Program-made: the position numbers and the translations under genes
Shown here: piece after piece, positions 37,158 to 51,914 of the stretch
Position numbering within the stretch: position 1 is the stretch's first letter
Layout of the letters: each line of letters opens with the position of its first letter
NCBI GenBank assembly: GCA_050613775.1
Contig: JBODTK010000146.1
Location: 248,001 to 312,000, forward strand
DNA: 64,000 nucleotides
Reading direction: 5' to 3'
Source: Neocallimastix sp. 'constans'
Lineage: Eukaryota
The notes under the pieces: generated by a model
Database searches by the model: none
Told to the model about the DNA's origin: nothing
What the model saw: the letters and a program-made list of their open reading frames with translations, nothing else

Positions 37158-38744
37158 TTTTTTTTTTTCTATTTTAATATTTATTTCAAAAATATTTTAA
37201 AGAAATAATAATTTTATAAAAATTAAAAATTTAATTTTATATATAAAAATATATTTAGATATTAAAAAGAAAATATATATTATTACTTTTAATCATCTTG
37301 AAATATATTGTAAACCGTAAACCACAAATTCTATTGGATATTATTTTCCGTTTAATATATTAATAATGAAATGAAAAAAAAAGTATTACTGTACCTTTTT
37401 AATTTATTTTTATTTATAATTAAATTACTTTTTTAAGGGATTAATAATATTTATTAACATAAATTATGGGAAATATATAGCTAATTTTTATCTTTCACTT
37501 ATTTAAATTTATTAATAATATAATTTAAAAAATTTACATTTATATTAAAACAATTAATTTTATTTCAAAAATTAGTATATAGTAAAATATATTAATAATT
37601 ATAAAATATTAAAATGTTATATTAAATAAAATATTGTTTAAATCTTAAAATATAATATTAGTAAGTTTAAGGATAAAAAAATATTTTTTTAATTTATTAT
37701 TATTATTAATACATAAAAATACATAATTATTTTAATACTTTTATGATATTTAGGTGCATAATGGAATAATATTATTATAGTTCTTTTAAAGTATAGATAT
37801 TTAATATTGTAATATATTAGAAATTTTTTTCTACTATCATTTTTTTAAAATTTATAAATATCGTTTATAGATAAATTTATATAATTTCTTTAAAATATAA
37901 TCTTTCATAAAAACGAAAAAACGAAAAAACAAAAAAAACAATAAAATATATATATATACATACTTTATTAATATATTATATATCAAAATATTTAAATTAT
38001 TATGGAAAATTAATGTAGTTCCTTTAATATATATTTATTCAGTTTTATTATAATTATAATATACATGATTTTTATGTAATTAATGAAGACCCATTAAATA
38101 TTATATTAAAAAATAAAAATTATAAATTTTGATCCTTATTCATTTAATATTATATATTACAAAATAATTAAGAAATATATTTTTTTAATAATATTTATAT
38201 CAAATTAAAATATATATATATATTTAATATATTTTTTTATAATATATACTTTATTACTAATAATAAAGTTATATATATTAATATTTAAAATATTTGTACT
38301 ATTTATAATATTTACTTAATTTAATTTTATGATCAAAATAAAACTATAAATATATATAATACTATTCAATAAATTTTTATAAAATTAATTTACCATCATT
38401 TTTTAATGATACATAATCATTTTTATTTCTTTATTTTTATTATTTTATTTTATTTTTTAATTTCTTCTTGAGGTCATTTTTATTTGAGGTAAAATTAATA
38501 TAAGAAAAAATTTTCCTAATTAATTTATTTTTCTTTTTAAATTTGGAGTAAAAATAAATTATATATCAATTGTAATGATGATAAAATACAAAAATATTAT
38601 GTGATTTATTCATATTTATTCAAATTTTGAAAAATTAATAATATTACAACTTCTTTAATGTTTTTACTATATTAAAATAAAACAGTGATTTTAATTCAAA
38701 TTATAATCAATAATAAATAAATAAATAAATAAATAATAAATAAA

Positions 38745-38885
38745 TAAATAAATAAATAATAAAATAAATAATCAAATAGTAATGTATAATATATATATTA
38801 TATAATAAATAAATAATAAATAATAAAATAAATATTCAAATAGTAATGTATAATATATATATTATATAATAAATAAATAATAAAC
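38745..38885. repeat. ~70-bp tandem duplication
   Basis: caaatagtaatgtataatatatatattatataataaataaataataaa occurs twice in tandem. Confidence 0.75.
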
Positions 38886-40235
38886 AATAAACAATAAACA
38901 ATACTTTTTTTTTCTGTATATTCCGCATATTATATATTTTTAAAATATTAAATAATTTAAATAATTACATTTATAATTTTTTAAAATTAAAAATTAAAAG
39001 TAATGAATTAATCCTGAAATATTAAAATTTTAATTATTTTACCATAAATTATAGTATTATTGTAATTATAATTATTTTAATATTAATAAAATAAAATTAT
39101 AATAATTATAATATTACGGTTATTCAGTAAAAAGATAATAATATTATTATTTTCTATTTTTGTGGTAATTTTCATGAAAGTACAAAAAAAAAAAAGATAA
39201 TATTTAAGCTTCATTGTATAAAAAAAATATAAAAAAAAATATTAACCCATTATTATTGTATATAGGTTATGTAACGTAACATCAGTGTATTAATAACAAT
39301 AATAATAAATATAAATAAAATATATTTATAATATTTTAATTAATATTGAAAAAAAAAAAAAAATTATATATATATATAAATATATATATTTACATCATTA
39401 ATAATTTTTAAATTAACTGAATTTTACAAGAAAAAACTTTATAAAAATAAATAAATATATTTATTTTTTATATTATTATATAAATTAAAATTATAACCAT
39501 CTAAAAATATTTTTATTGGATAATATTAAATTAAATATTACTCAGAAAAAAAAAAGTTTATTTATATATAATATTATTCAATAATAATAATAATTAATAA
39601 TATAAATATTTACTTTTTATTTTTTTATTATATTAATTTTTTTTTTCAATATTTATTAAAATATTATTAATAGTAATAATTTTAATTATATATAATATTA
39701 ATATAATTATTAGTATACCATATGTTACTTCCCTTAAAAAAATAATAATAATGGATAATATTATAAAATAATATTATAATTAGATAATATTTAAAATTAT
39801 TATGATAATATTAAGGAAATTATTTTATATTATTATTATTATTATAATTATTTATTTATTTATTTATTATTTTTTTTTTTTTTTAAAAAACATGTATATC
39901 AGATATTTATTAATATTTTCATTTTAATTTATATTTCAGGAATTAGTATAAAAGAACAAAAATTTTCTAAATTTTTTATTTTTTTTAGTATTTATATTTT
40001 ACAATTTTTAAGTATTTTTTATAATATTGAAATTTTATATATAAAATAAAATATTATAAAAAATATATTAAATTAAAAATAAATTAAAGTTAAAATAAGA
40101 AATAAAATAAAATAAAAAAGATAAAAAGTTATAAAAGGAAGTACAAATTAAAGAAAAAAAAATTAAAGTATTTTAAAATTCAATAAAAAATAAAATAAGA
40201 AAAATAAAATTGACTCATTTAAAAATATAAAAAAA

Positions 40236-40736
40236 ATGAAAAGTTTATTGAATGTATTATTCTTATTGAGCACTATTGCTCTTTTAATAAGTAATATTAA
40301 TGCAAGAAGTATAATAGGAGATTTAACAAACTCATCAAAAAATTCTGGAAATAGTGATGATTACTATGTTATTTTTATTAATAATTCCTTATTAACATCA
40401 AAGGAAACTGCTAAAAGAGAAAATAGATATATATTTACTTCTTTAATTAGTGAAATCCATGATTTAATTGTTGATAATAAGGATACTTTCGTAAATATTG
40501 AGAAGTTTAATAAAATAAATGAAAGAGAGCCAAATTCAATTAAAAAGGAAATTGAAGAAAAGTACTTAATGAAAGAAGGTGATTCTAACATAGTTTTCCC
40601 AATTTCTTCATTGAAGGACAAAACTATTCTTCGTGTTTACGTTTCTCCAAAATTAGTAAAGGAAATAAGATCAATGGATTATGTAATTGATTGTATTCCT
40701 TATCTTAACTATGTTAATAGCAAATATTCAAACTAG
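40236..40736 (+). CDS. Small secreted protein (166 aa) resembling a stand-alone subtilisin (S8) prodomain / I9-like inhibitor
   Basis: Signal-peptide-like N-terminus MKSLLNVLFLLSTIALLISNINA; A-rich start context; coding-like composition. The blocks YYVIFINN, SLISEIHDLIVDNKDTF, VFPISS and VYVSPKLVKEIRSMDYVIDCIP recall anaerobic-fungal S8 prodomains (from memory, not searched). Confidence 0.7.
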   Translation: MKSLLNVLFLLSTIALLISNINARSIIGDLTNSSKNSGNSDDYYVIFINNSLLTSKETAKRENRYIFTSLISEIHDLIVDNKDTFVNIEKFNKINEREPNSIKKEIEEKYLMKEGDSNIVFPISSLKDKTILRVYVSPKLVKEIRSMDYVIDCIPYLNYVNSKYSN

Positions 40737-40910
40737 ATAAATAATTTATATTTTTCCTATTATAAGGAAAATATAAATTATTATTACAAGCATTAATATA
40801 TATACCCTATTTATTATGAATAATCTATTTTTTTTTTTTTTTTTAAGAAAATGGTAAAATATTTTCTAAAGAAAGAAAAATTCATAGAAATATTCAAAAA
40901 AAAAAAAAAA

Positions 40911-41222
40911 TTATAGAGAAACAATTTTTTTTATCAATTAAAAAAATTGAAAATTAAATATAGAATAACAATTTTTTTATTATTTAAAAAATTGAAAATC
41001 AAATATAGAAAATCAATTTTTTATATTTTTAAAAAATTGAAAATCAAATATAGAAAATCAATTTTTTTTTTTATTTTTAAAAAATTGAAAATTAAATAGA
41101 GAATATCAATTTTTTTTTTATTTTTAAAGAATTGATAATCAAATATAGAAAATCAATTTTTTATTATCTTTAAAAAATTGAAAATTAAATATAGAGAAAA
41201 TCAATTTATTAAAATTGAAAAA
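40911..41222. repeat. Minisatellite, ~42-46-bp unit, about 7 copies
   Basis: Unit approximates aaaaaattgaaaatcaaatatagaaaatcaatttttttattttt. Confidence 0.88.
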
Positions 41223-41543
41223 CAAGTGTAGTTGATCTATTTAATATATAAATAGATTATATTATTGTAGTTTTTTTTTTTTTTTTTTATTATTATTTTC
41301 TCTAATTTTTATTTATTATTATTTATTATTTTTTTTTTTAAAAAATACAAAAATTAAAATTTAATTTATAGAAGTAGAGATTAAAATATTTTCATTAATA
41401 AATTATTAAATAAATAAAAAGAATCTTTAAAATTAAAAAATTATAAAAGAATAAGGGTATTATTGAAAAATAAATGTAGAAAGAAAAAAAATAAAGTATT
41501 AAAAAGAAAAATCAAAAGAAAAAAGAAATTAATAAAAATTATT

Positions 41544-41579
<36 letters not shown>

Positions 41580-43358
41580 TATTTGTTTCTTATTGGTGTA
41601 GTTCGTTTTTCTTTATTTTAAATTTAATTATTTAATTTTGAAATAATTATCTTTATTGTATTATTATCTTTTTTTAATTCTATATATTTAATTTTTATAA
41701 TTATAATTATTATTATTATTATAATTTATTTATTTAAAATTTTTTATTTTTTAATTATTATTATTATTATTATTATAATTATTTTTTATTTATTTATTAT
41801 TATTATTTTTTTTTTGTTGTATTTATTATATTTCTGAAAATTATTATTTAGTAATTTAATAATAGGAATTAATAAATGATGAAAGTATCAATAAAAATTA
41901 AATATTCATAAAAATTAAATAATAAAAACTAATAAAAATGAATTCTTTTTTCTCTTTTATACTTCTTTTATGAATATATATATATACACCATTTTTATAT
42001 TTTTTTAATTTTTATTTCATTTTTATTCTTTTTTTTTTCAGAAAATATATTTTACTTTTCTGAAGTTAATATTTAATAATATAATAGAAATCAATAAATT
42101 TAATAATAAATGAGTAATCAATAAAAATAAAAATATTTGATTTTAAAATAATATTATTTGTATGCTTTTCTATAAATTTTTTGACATTTTTTTTTATATT
42201 CCTTTATTTTCATATATATATATATATTTATTAAATATAAATATATGATATTCGTTCTTAAAATAATATTAAGATTTTGTTTTATTTTATTTATATATAT
42301 ATATATTTATTATTATTCATTGATCTTTAAAAAATAATAAAAAGAAATATTAATTAACTAGGTGAATTTCATTATATCATTTTAAACTTCATTATAATAG
42401 TATTATTTATTATATTTTTAATATTATAGAAAAATTGTGTTATTATTTTAATTTTGTGTAATCATTTTAATTTTAAATAAAATTATGATTAACGATTACA
42501 TATATATTTATTTTTTAATATTCCGGAAATTTGCATTAACATCGTTAAATTTAGGTTTTTTTTAATGATACCAAATTTTTCTCTTTAGTATATTTAAAAA
42601 TATTTTTTATTAATTATTTTATGAAAAAAAAATATTTATACATTACTAATACTATAAACATTAATTTATAGTATTACCAACGTATCAGTAGATAAAATAT
42701 GCTTGGTATTAATAATTTTTAACCATTAATATGAGTAAATATTTATTAAAATTTATTATATTAAAAAGATATAAATAGATCTAAATAAATAGGCTTAATT
42801 ATTAATATGTTTAAATATTAATATAAATATTTATTTTTAATATAAAATTTAAAATATAATTTTTTTTTTGTATAATTTATATTAAAAAATTTAACATTAG
42901 TTTATAAATATAGTTTTTAATATATTTTTGTATTCCAAATTCTCTAAATATAATTTATTATTATTACTATTATTATTATTATTATTTTTTTTTTTACTAA
43001 AAAATTTTTTTGAAAGTTTTAAAAGTTTTACCGAATTTATATAATAATAATAATAATAATTTAATATATCTTTATATTTTTATAATCGTATTTTTGTTGA
43101 AATTTTTGTTTATTTTTTAAGAATATATTAGGAATAAACAGGTTAAAATTAAAACGTATGACAAATTTACATTTGAAAATTTATTACCTTTTACATGAAT
43201 TTATATTTTTTATATTTATTTATTTATTTATTTTTATTTTATAAAATTTGATCAATAAAATTACATAATTATATATATATATATATTTATAAAATTAATC
43301 CGTATAAATTACATAATTTATTAATATTTTTTTTATAAATATTTATCATCAATAAAAA

Positions 43359-43625
43359 TTAAAACTACATATTTTAGAATATTTTTAGTTCAAAAATAAA
43401 AAAAATTTTTTTTCCTTTTTTTTTTTTTATATTTAAAACTACATATTTTAGAATATTTTTAGTTCAAAAATAAAAAAAAAATTTTTTTCCTTTTTTTTTA
43501 TATTTATAAGTAAAAATAAAAAAAATTTTTTTCATTTTTTTTTTTTAATATTTATAAGCAATTTAAGTTAGTAAAAATAAAATTTTTTTTTTTCATTTTT
43601 TTTTTTTTTTATATTTATAAGCAAT
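43359..43625. repeat. Imperfect tandem duplications (~75-bp and ~50-60-bp units)
   Basis: aaaactacatattttagaatatttttagttcaaaaataaaa occurs twice, followed by related agtaaaaataaaa...ttcatttt...atatttataagcaat units. Confidence 0.75.
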
Positions 43626-44276
43626 ATAAGTTATGTGTATTAAGAATAAAATATTTGCTTTATTTTTATAAGTAATTTTTTTTATTCAGAAATTAATAAA
43701 AAATAGTTTTAAATAGAATTACAAATTTAGATTTAAGAATATGGTAGTATAGTTATTATTTTGTTTTTTAAAAATTAAAAATCAAAATTTGATATAAAAA
43801 TTAAAAATAAAAATATCCTTATATTTAATTTTTATTTTTAATTTTTATATCTAATTTTTATTTTTAAAAATATGTTATAATAGTTATTTTATTATTATTA
43901 TTATTAGTATTTTTTTTTTATAAAAAATAAGAATTAAGAATAAAAATTAGAAATAAATAAGAAATAGTGTAGTAAATTATTAATTTATAACTTATATATA
44001 AAATTTATAACTTTTATAAAATTTTAATTATTATTATGTTAAAAGAAATTATGAACGATATAAATTTATTTTATTATAATATATTTTTCATTATTTATCA
44101 AAAATATATTATTTGAAATAAAAATTAAAAGTAATAAAAAATTAATTATTCCATACATAATTATATATGGAATAACTGTCAGTAGTTAATACTATTGTTA
44201 AAATAATGATAAACGTTAAGTAATGTTAATTTAATTACAAATAATAATAATATATAGTAATAATAGTAAAATTAAA

Positions 44277-44427
44277 AATACAATAAAAAGGTAGTACTTT
44301 TAATAATGATATTAATATACAATAAAAAAGGTAGTACTTTTAATAATGATATTAAGAATACAATAAAAAAGGTAGTACTTTTAATAATGATATTAAGAAT
44401 ACAATAAAAAGGTAGTACTTTTAATAA
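44277..44427. repeat. ~40-bp tandem repeat, 4 copies
   Basis: atacaataaaaa(a)ggtagtacttttaataatgatattaa repeated. Confidence 0.92.
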
Positions 44428-44439
44428 CAAATAATACAA

Positions 44440-44620
<181 letters not shown>

Positions 44621-45148
44621 TACTAAACTAATATATATAACATATATTTTTTATTGAACAGCTAAAATGTTACACCTACCTTTAATTTTTTTTTTTATTC
44701 GTTTTGTGTAACATATGAATATTAAAGTTTAAATAAACTTTATAATAATAGGATAAATATAAATTTAAAATAAAATATTTAATTATAAATAAAAAAAAAA
44801 TAAAATATTTATTTCCTATTTAATTATTCTGTAATAATTTATAATTTATAGTTTTTTTTTTATTCTATTTTTTTTTTTTTTTATTTTATAATTTATAATT
44901 TATAGTTTTTTATATTTTTTTTATTTTATTATTATTATTATCATTATTATTATTATTATTATTATTATTTAATTTTAATTTAATTTATTAATAAACACAA
45001 AAAAATAATAATATTCATTAATTATTTTGAAAAAAAAAGAAAAAAAAAAATATATATATATATATATATATTATATATAAATATATAAATATATAAATGA
45101 AAAAAGCATAAAATAGAATTTAACAGAAAATATATTTGGATAATTTTT

Positions 45149-45213
<65 letters not shown>

Positions 45214-45445
45214 GAATTAATTCAAAAAATTTTAACTATTATATATAATATCATATTTTTATTTAAGGCAAGGATGAAACGAGAATTTGATAAATTTATG
45301 ATTATATATACATATATATATATATATAAATCTTTCTTTTCATTGTTTATATACTTTAGATATTATTTTAATAATCAATTTATTTATTTTATTCATTATT
45401 TAATATTTAATATTTAATATTTAATATATAATATGAATTTTTATT

Positions 45446-45493
<48 letters not shown>

Positions 45494-45544
45494 TTTATCT
45501 TAATTTATTTTTTATTTTTTTTTTTTTTTTTTTTAAATTTTTGA

Positions 45545-47703
45545 TTAGTCTAGTAATGAAGGTTGAGTATATTGTTGAGGCTTTAAGGGCTTATATTGTG
45601 ATAATGATGCTAATTGTTGATTTTGAATTGAATTTACTTGAGCTATAGCAGATGAATTTTGTTGCTCAGTTTGGAAATAATTTCCTGGAGCCATATTAGT
45701 AGTTGGTGGTTGATAATAATTTTGTTGTTGCTGTTGCACTTGAATTTGTTGGGTTGGTTGGGTAGGTAAAGGATAGTAAGGATTTTGTTGTGGTTGTTGT
45801 TGTGGTTGTTGTTGTTGATATCCATAAGCCGTATTTGTGGCCATGGTAGTATATATAGGTTGTTGAGGCTTAAGAGATTGTTGTGAATTATAATATGGTT
45901 GTGGTTGTGATGGTGTTTGTGGGAGTGGTCTTGATTGTTGTTGTGGCTGCATAGAATATTGATTCATATAATTAGTGGTAGTTGTAGCTGGAATAGTTGT
46001 AGATGCAGTGGGCTGAGTGTAGTAATTCATGTAATTTGTTGATGGTTGCTGTTGTGGTTGTTGTGATTGTTGAATTTGACCATAAAGATTACCTGATGCG
46101 GTGGTTTGTCCAAAATTAATTGAACCAGGTGGTGGTGGAAGAGGTGGTCGAATTGGAGAAGTCATTTGAGAAGAAAGTGGATCTTGAACAGCTGCTGGTT
46201 TTGGTGGAAGAGCAGGGGTAGTATTAATAGCTGTTGGTTGTGCTGTTTGGGATTTATATATATTATTATATGCATTTTGTTGATAAGAATAATTTTGTGT
46301 AGTTACTGTTGGTGTAGTCCTATATGCAGTAGTAAGAGGCTGAGTTTGTTGTTGAGTTGGAGTAGCATAAGCTGATAGATATGCTGTTGAAGATGTTGTA
46401 AGTTGAGTATATGTTGTTTGTTGTGATTGTTGGAATGGTCTTTGATATGTGACTGGTGCTTGGTATGCTGGTGTTGATGAAACTGTAGTTGTGAATTGTT
46501 GTTGATAAGATGGCGTAGAGGAGATTGGTAATTGATAATTTGGTTGTATTGGAGTTTGTTGAGGTTGAATTGGAGTTTGTTGAGGTTGAATTGGAGTTTG
46601 TTGAGGTTGAATTGGAGTTTGTTGAGGTTGAATTGGAGTTTGTTGAGGTTGAATTGGAGTTTGTTGAGGTCGAATTGGAGTTTGTTGAGGTTGTATTGAA
46701 GTTTGTTGAGATTGAATAGGAGTTTGTACTTGATTAGTCAATGCTTGCTGTAACTTAAGAGCAGTCTGATTCTGTATATTTAAACCAAATGATTGTCGAG
46801 ATTGATAAGTATTTTGTGATTGTTGCGATTGTTGATAAGATGAATGTGCTGACAATTGTGTTTGATTTGCTTGAGTTTGTGATTGAGGTAATGGAGTTAA
46901 TGGAGTAGCTAAGGGTGTTTGTTGATTAATGGAAACTGATTGAGGTTTAATAGGTTGCTGTGAAGACTGTAATGATTGAGCAGAAGGTTGTGTAGAGGAA
47001 GTTACTAATAACTGAGAAGGATTGCTTAGGGTAACAGATGAATTTTGTATAACTGATGGTGATTGAAGAATAGCAGCATTAGATGCAGGAGTTGATGTAG
47101 AATTAATATTATAAGGGGATGAAACGACATTTTGTTGATTGGTAAAGTAATTTGAAGATGAACCTTGCGTATCAAGTGGTGAAACATTTGATTTATATGG
47201 AGTAGCTGAAGTTGGGATATTAGCGCTACTTAGATTTAAACTATTTAATTTATTTAATAAAATCTTTTGATCATCAGCAGCTTTGTCTTCTTTAATCTTT
47301 TTCTCTAATTCATTTCTTTGTGTTAATCTTTGTGAAACGTATTTATTTGTTTCCATAGTTAAATTATCAATTATTTCATTCAGATTGGTATATAAACGAA
47401 TACCTGATTCAAGATTTTTGTTAATTTCTTTCCATAATTCATAAGTTTCTCTATATTCTTTATCTTTTTGTTCTTTTTTTTGACTTATTGAATTCACTGA
47501 TTTAAATGATTCTGATTCAGACTTTAACTGATTAAATTCCTCCGTTAAAGCATGTAAAAAATTGGTATGATCATTAATATTTCTTGAAATATTATTTCTT
47601 AAATCTTGAAATTTACCTAATTCATTTTGAAAAATTTGTTTTTCTTTATGTCTCTTTACTAAAAGAATGTTACTAATATCATCATTTTGAATCTGTATTT
47701 AAT

Positions 47704-47746
<43 letters not shown>

Positions 47747-47785
47747 AATTTTTGAAGTTTAAATTTTTGAAATTAATTAAATTTA

Positions 47786-47836
<51 letters not shown>

Positions 47837-49075
47837 ATATAAAATTTATTTAACCTTGTATTTTAAATCATTGATTAACTTCTTTCTTTCTCCTTGACAT
47901 CCTCTAAGATTTATTATTAAAGCTTCAATTTTTTCAATTTTTTCTTTTTCTCTTTCCTTTTTATCGTTAACGTCATCCATGTTTACATCGATTAAATTTA
48001 CTGAATTTTCTGGTTTACTATGACCAGATAAAATACTATTAATATAGTCTGATTTTACTTTATCAATAGGCTGTTCTAAAGATTCAATAATTTTCTTATT
48101 ATTATTATACTTTGTAATAAGTTTGGTATCAGCGTTAATTGCTTCTTCAAGAGATGATCTATATTTTTTTAAATTTTGACGGATGTTAGCTGAAGCGGTA
48201 ACCGAAGGTTCCTGTGTCCATTTCATATTATAACGTTGTAATTTTAAATCATATTCTCTTTGTTCTTTATCTAACTCAAGACCAATATTATTTAACTTAT
48301 CATTAGTTTTAGTTTGAAGAGAACTAAGTGAAGTTATTGTGGATGAAATGCTTTTACCAGCTTTACTTTCTTGTTGAATCAAATTACAATAAGAACTAAT
48401 CTCATTTGGAAAACTAATCATACTTTCATCAATACCATCATTCTTAAGAGCTTCTTTAGATTTATTTACAGTATTAATAATATCTTGTGTTTCCATTAAT
48501 AATTTAAAATCATTATCAGCATTTTCACAACGCTCCATTTCAGCTCTAAGAATTTTTGCTTTTTCTTCTGAATATAAAGAGGAAGCTTCGTGAACTGAAA
48601 TTGGAATTAAACGATGAAAAATGTCTTGTCCAACAATTCCTTGGGCTTCCTTTTGACCATTTGGACAAATATCGACAAAATTTAAATTTTTAACAACACA
48701 TAGCTTTTCAGGTGCCTCAAGAGTATCAGTATTTGGTACATTTTCTTGATAAATAATATCATTATCTTTAATAGCTTGTTTCTTTTTTTCAGTAACTAAT
48801 GCTAAATAAGCTTTAGTTGCCTCAAATAAAGCTTGCGAAGCAGATGTTGATTTACCAGATGAAGCTGATTGAGTATCACTTGATGAAACACTAAAAGATG
48901 GATAATTACTTGCAAAAGATTTTGCTAATTTATTTGCTTCTTTAGCATAATTTTCAGCCAATGTTAAATATGAAATAATATGACCATATTTTCCTTCATC
49001 AGCTGAGGCAAGTGCTTTATAATAATGAGAAATGGTAGCATAATATTTACTTTTGACCTTTATTTTATTTTATTT

Positions 49076-49121
<46 letters not shown>

Positions 49122-49898
49122 TCAGATATTATATTAATAAACGTTATATAATATTTGTTATATATTCAGAATTAAATATTATAAATGCATTTTATAAACA
49201 AATATTAAATAAAAATTATAATAAGAATAATTAATTAAAAAAAAAATATATATATATTTATATATATATATATTTAGATGATAAAATATTTATTAAATTA
49301 AATAAATGATAGAGATTTTAAAAATTTATATTAATTAACCATATACCTTAACTAATGATGTCCAAGAACCACTAAATTGGCTTCTAAGTTCAACAACATC
49401 CATATCATCAGAAATTTCAGAATAGGTAAAAGCAAGATATGAAGCAATTTTACTCAAAAGATTTGGTTTCTTTTTTTCAAAAATAGTTTTTTCTAAGAAA
49501 CACTCTTGAGCAGAAGCTAACATTAATTTATTTAAACATTTAACTGACTCCCTTCTAATATCAACAGAAGGAGCATGAAGGAAATTATCATTAATAAATT
49601 GAAATAATCCAGCTGATGCTTGAAAATAATTATATGCAACTTTTCTTCCTTCCTCTTCAAACCTATTCTGTGTAGCTGCAATATTTGAAAGAATGGCTGC
49701 TATATTAAAAATTACACAAGCTTTTTCATATGCTCCAGAATATTGACTTATACCTTCTTCTGAAAAGGCATCATACCTTTTTTAAATCCATTATAATTAT
49801 ATATTTTATATATATATATATTTTTTTTAATTAACAAATTTATGAAATTAATAAATTTATGATTGATATTAAATATTTTATTATTATTATAATTATTA

Positions 49899-49956
<58 letters not shown>

Positions 49957-50277
49957 ATTATTATTATTAAATTTTAATTCAATATTTTACCAGGTAAAAT
50001 GTACTTTAACATGCTTTTCGTCTAAAGGAAAACGAAGATCTAATAGTTCTAATTGACCATAATAACGATATAAAATATCTCTTCCAGTCATGTCTTTACC
50101 AACACCTCGTATATCTTGTCTTAATCTATTAAGAATTGCAATTTCATTTGAGTAATTGTCAGGATCTTCTTGATATTGCTCTTCAATGTATTTTCTAAAT
50201 GCTTCAGTAAAATCCACTTCATCTGTTATTTTTAAAGGAACAGAGAGCATAGGTGCTTGTTGATTTATAGATTCCAT
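45545..50277 (-). CDS. BRO1: Bro1/ALIX-family ESCRT-associated protein; exons 49991-50277, 49347-49776, 47855-49057, 45545-47692; 1355 aa
   Basis: Bro1-domain motifs (LNRLRQD, LYRYYGQLELLDLRFP, FTWYDAF, YEKACVIFNIAA, MLASAQECF, KDNDIIY), V-domain start (DIFHRLIPISVHEASSLYSEEKAKILR) and a Pro/Gln-rich tail. The GT-AG joins keep frame. RIM20/PalA is the alternative paralog. Confidence 0.88.
46540..46725 (-). repeat. Coding 21-bp tandem repeat (QPQQTPI), about 8 copies, inside BRO1
   Basis: ttggagtttgttgaggttgaa repeated on the + strand. Confidence 0.93.
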
Positions 50278-50373
50278 TTTTTATATAATTAATATTTTTC
50301 TATATAAACTTTCTAAAAGTATGTACTCATATACGTAGCAATTGCTTTAAGAAAAAATATTATTAAAATAATA

Positions 50374-50412
<39 letters not shown>

Positions 50413-51860
50413 AACATTAATATTTTAAAATGTTTCAAAATTTATTTATGATTTCATTAAATTAATATATTCCATAATTTATTTATTTATTATTTTTTCT
50501 TTTCTTATTATTAATAACTTTAAAATTCATATTTCATATTCATATTTTCATTTTATAATATTATTAATTGTTAATTTTTAATTTTTAAATAACTTCTGGA
50601 TAATATATATTAATATTTTATTATATAAAGAGAATATTTTTTATTATAAAAAAAAAAAAAAAATACCTTGCTAAATTTTGCTTATTTATTTATTTATATA
50701 AAAATATAAAAATTTACTGAATATATTACTATGATTTTATTTTTGGATATTGACTGTTCTGCTTTTTAATAATATATATTCTTCCTATGGTAAAAAAATG
50801 ATAATATTATTGAAATAATATTGTAAAAAAAGTCTAATTTTCTCTTAAAATTTTTCAAAGTAGTGATACTATTAAATACAAAAAATTCCAATTAGTTTTA
50901 ATTTAATTTGGTTTTAAATTTAAATTTTTTGAAGAGTTATGAATTTAAAAATAATTTTAATTTATACTTTTGAATTTGAAAATAATGATGCTAAGATATA
51001 AGAATTTTATTTGTTTTTCACTTTAAATTTTCAATTATTGTGGAAATATAAATAAAATTTAATCCAAAAAAATTTATTTTACAAATTTAATTTGAACTTT
51101 CTTTTAATTATTGTTATCCTCTTTTATTATAATTAAATTTAATTTTTTTTGCTTTTCAAATTTTATTTTTATTATTTCTTTTTCAATTATTTATTTCTTT
51201 TAATTTTTATTTTAAGAAAATTATAAATTATAAACAATTTATAATAAATTTTAAATAAAATATATATATATATATATTATGTAATTTATAAAAAATTAAT
51301 TAAATTTTTTTTTTATTTATTAATTTATTTAAAATTATTAATTATTGAAATATTAAAACGAATTAATATAATACATAAATATAATATAATAATGTATAAT
51401 ATATTAATCCATGAATATATTAACAAATGTTTAAAAAGTTTAATATGTCCATGTTTTAGGATTAATTTTTTTTTAAAATAAGATAACCTATAAGAGTTAT
51501 GCATATTATATAAAGATTAATAATACTTACTATAATTACTATATAATATAAAAAATATATATATATATTTTTCATATTTATTTAATTATTAATAATAATT
51601 TTTATACATTCTATTATTGTTTGACTATTAACACGTTACTTCATCATTGCTAATGTAAGAAATAATTTTTAATAATAAAAATTATTTATTAATTTATATT
51701 TTTTTTAAATATATATTTAATATTTATATCATTTTTATTCTTTATTTTATATATATTTATCTATATTATTTTTTTTTATAATACTATTTTTATTTTAATT
51801 TTTTTTATCGTGCTATTTATTAAATTTTCATATCTTTTAATTATTTTATATTCAAATGTA

Positions 51861-51914
<54 letters not shown>

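Noticed and set aside
43770..43872. Long AT-only inverted repeat
   Set aside because: Low-complexity A/T arms are expected by chance at this composition; no TSD or GC anchor.
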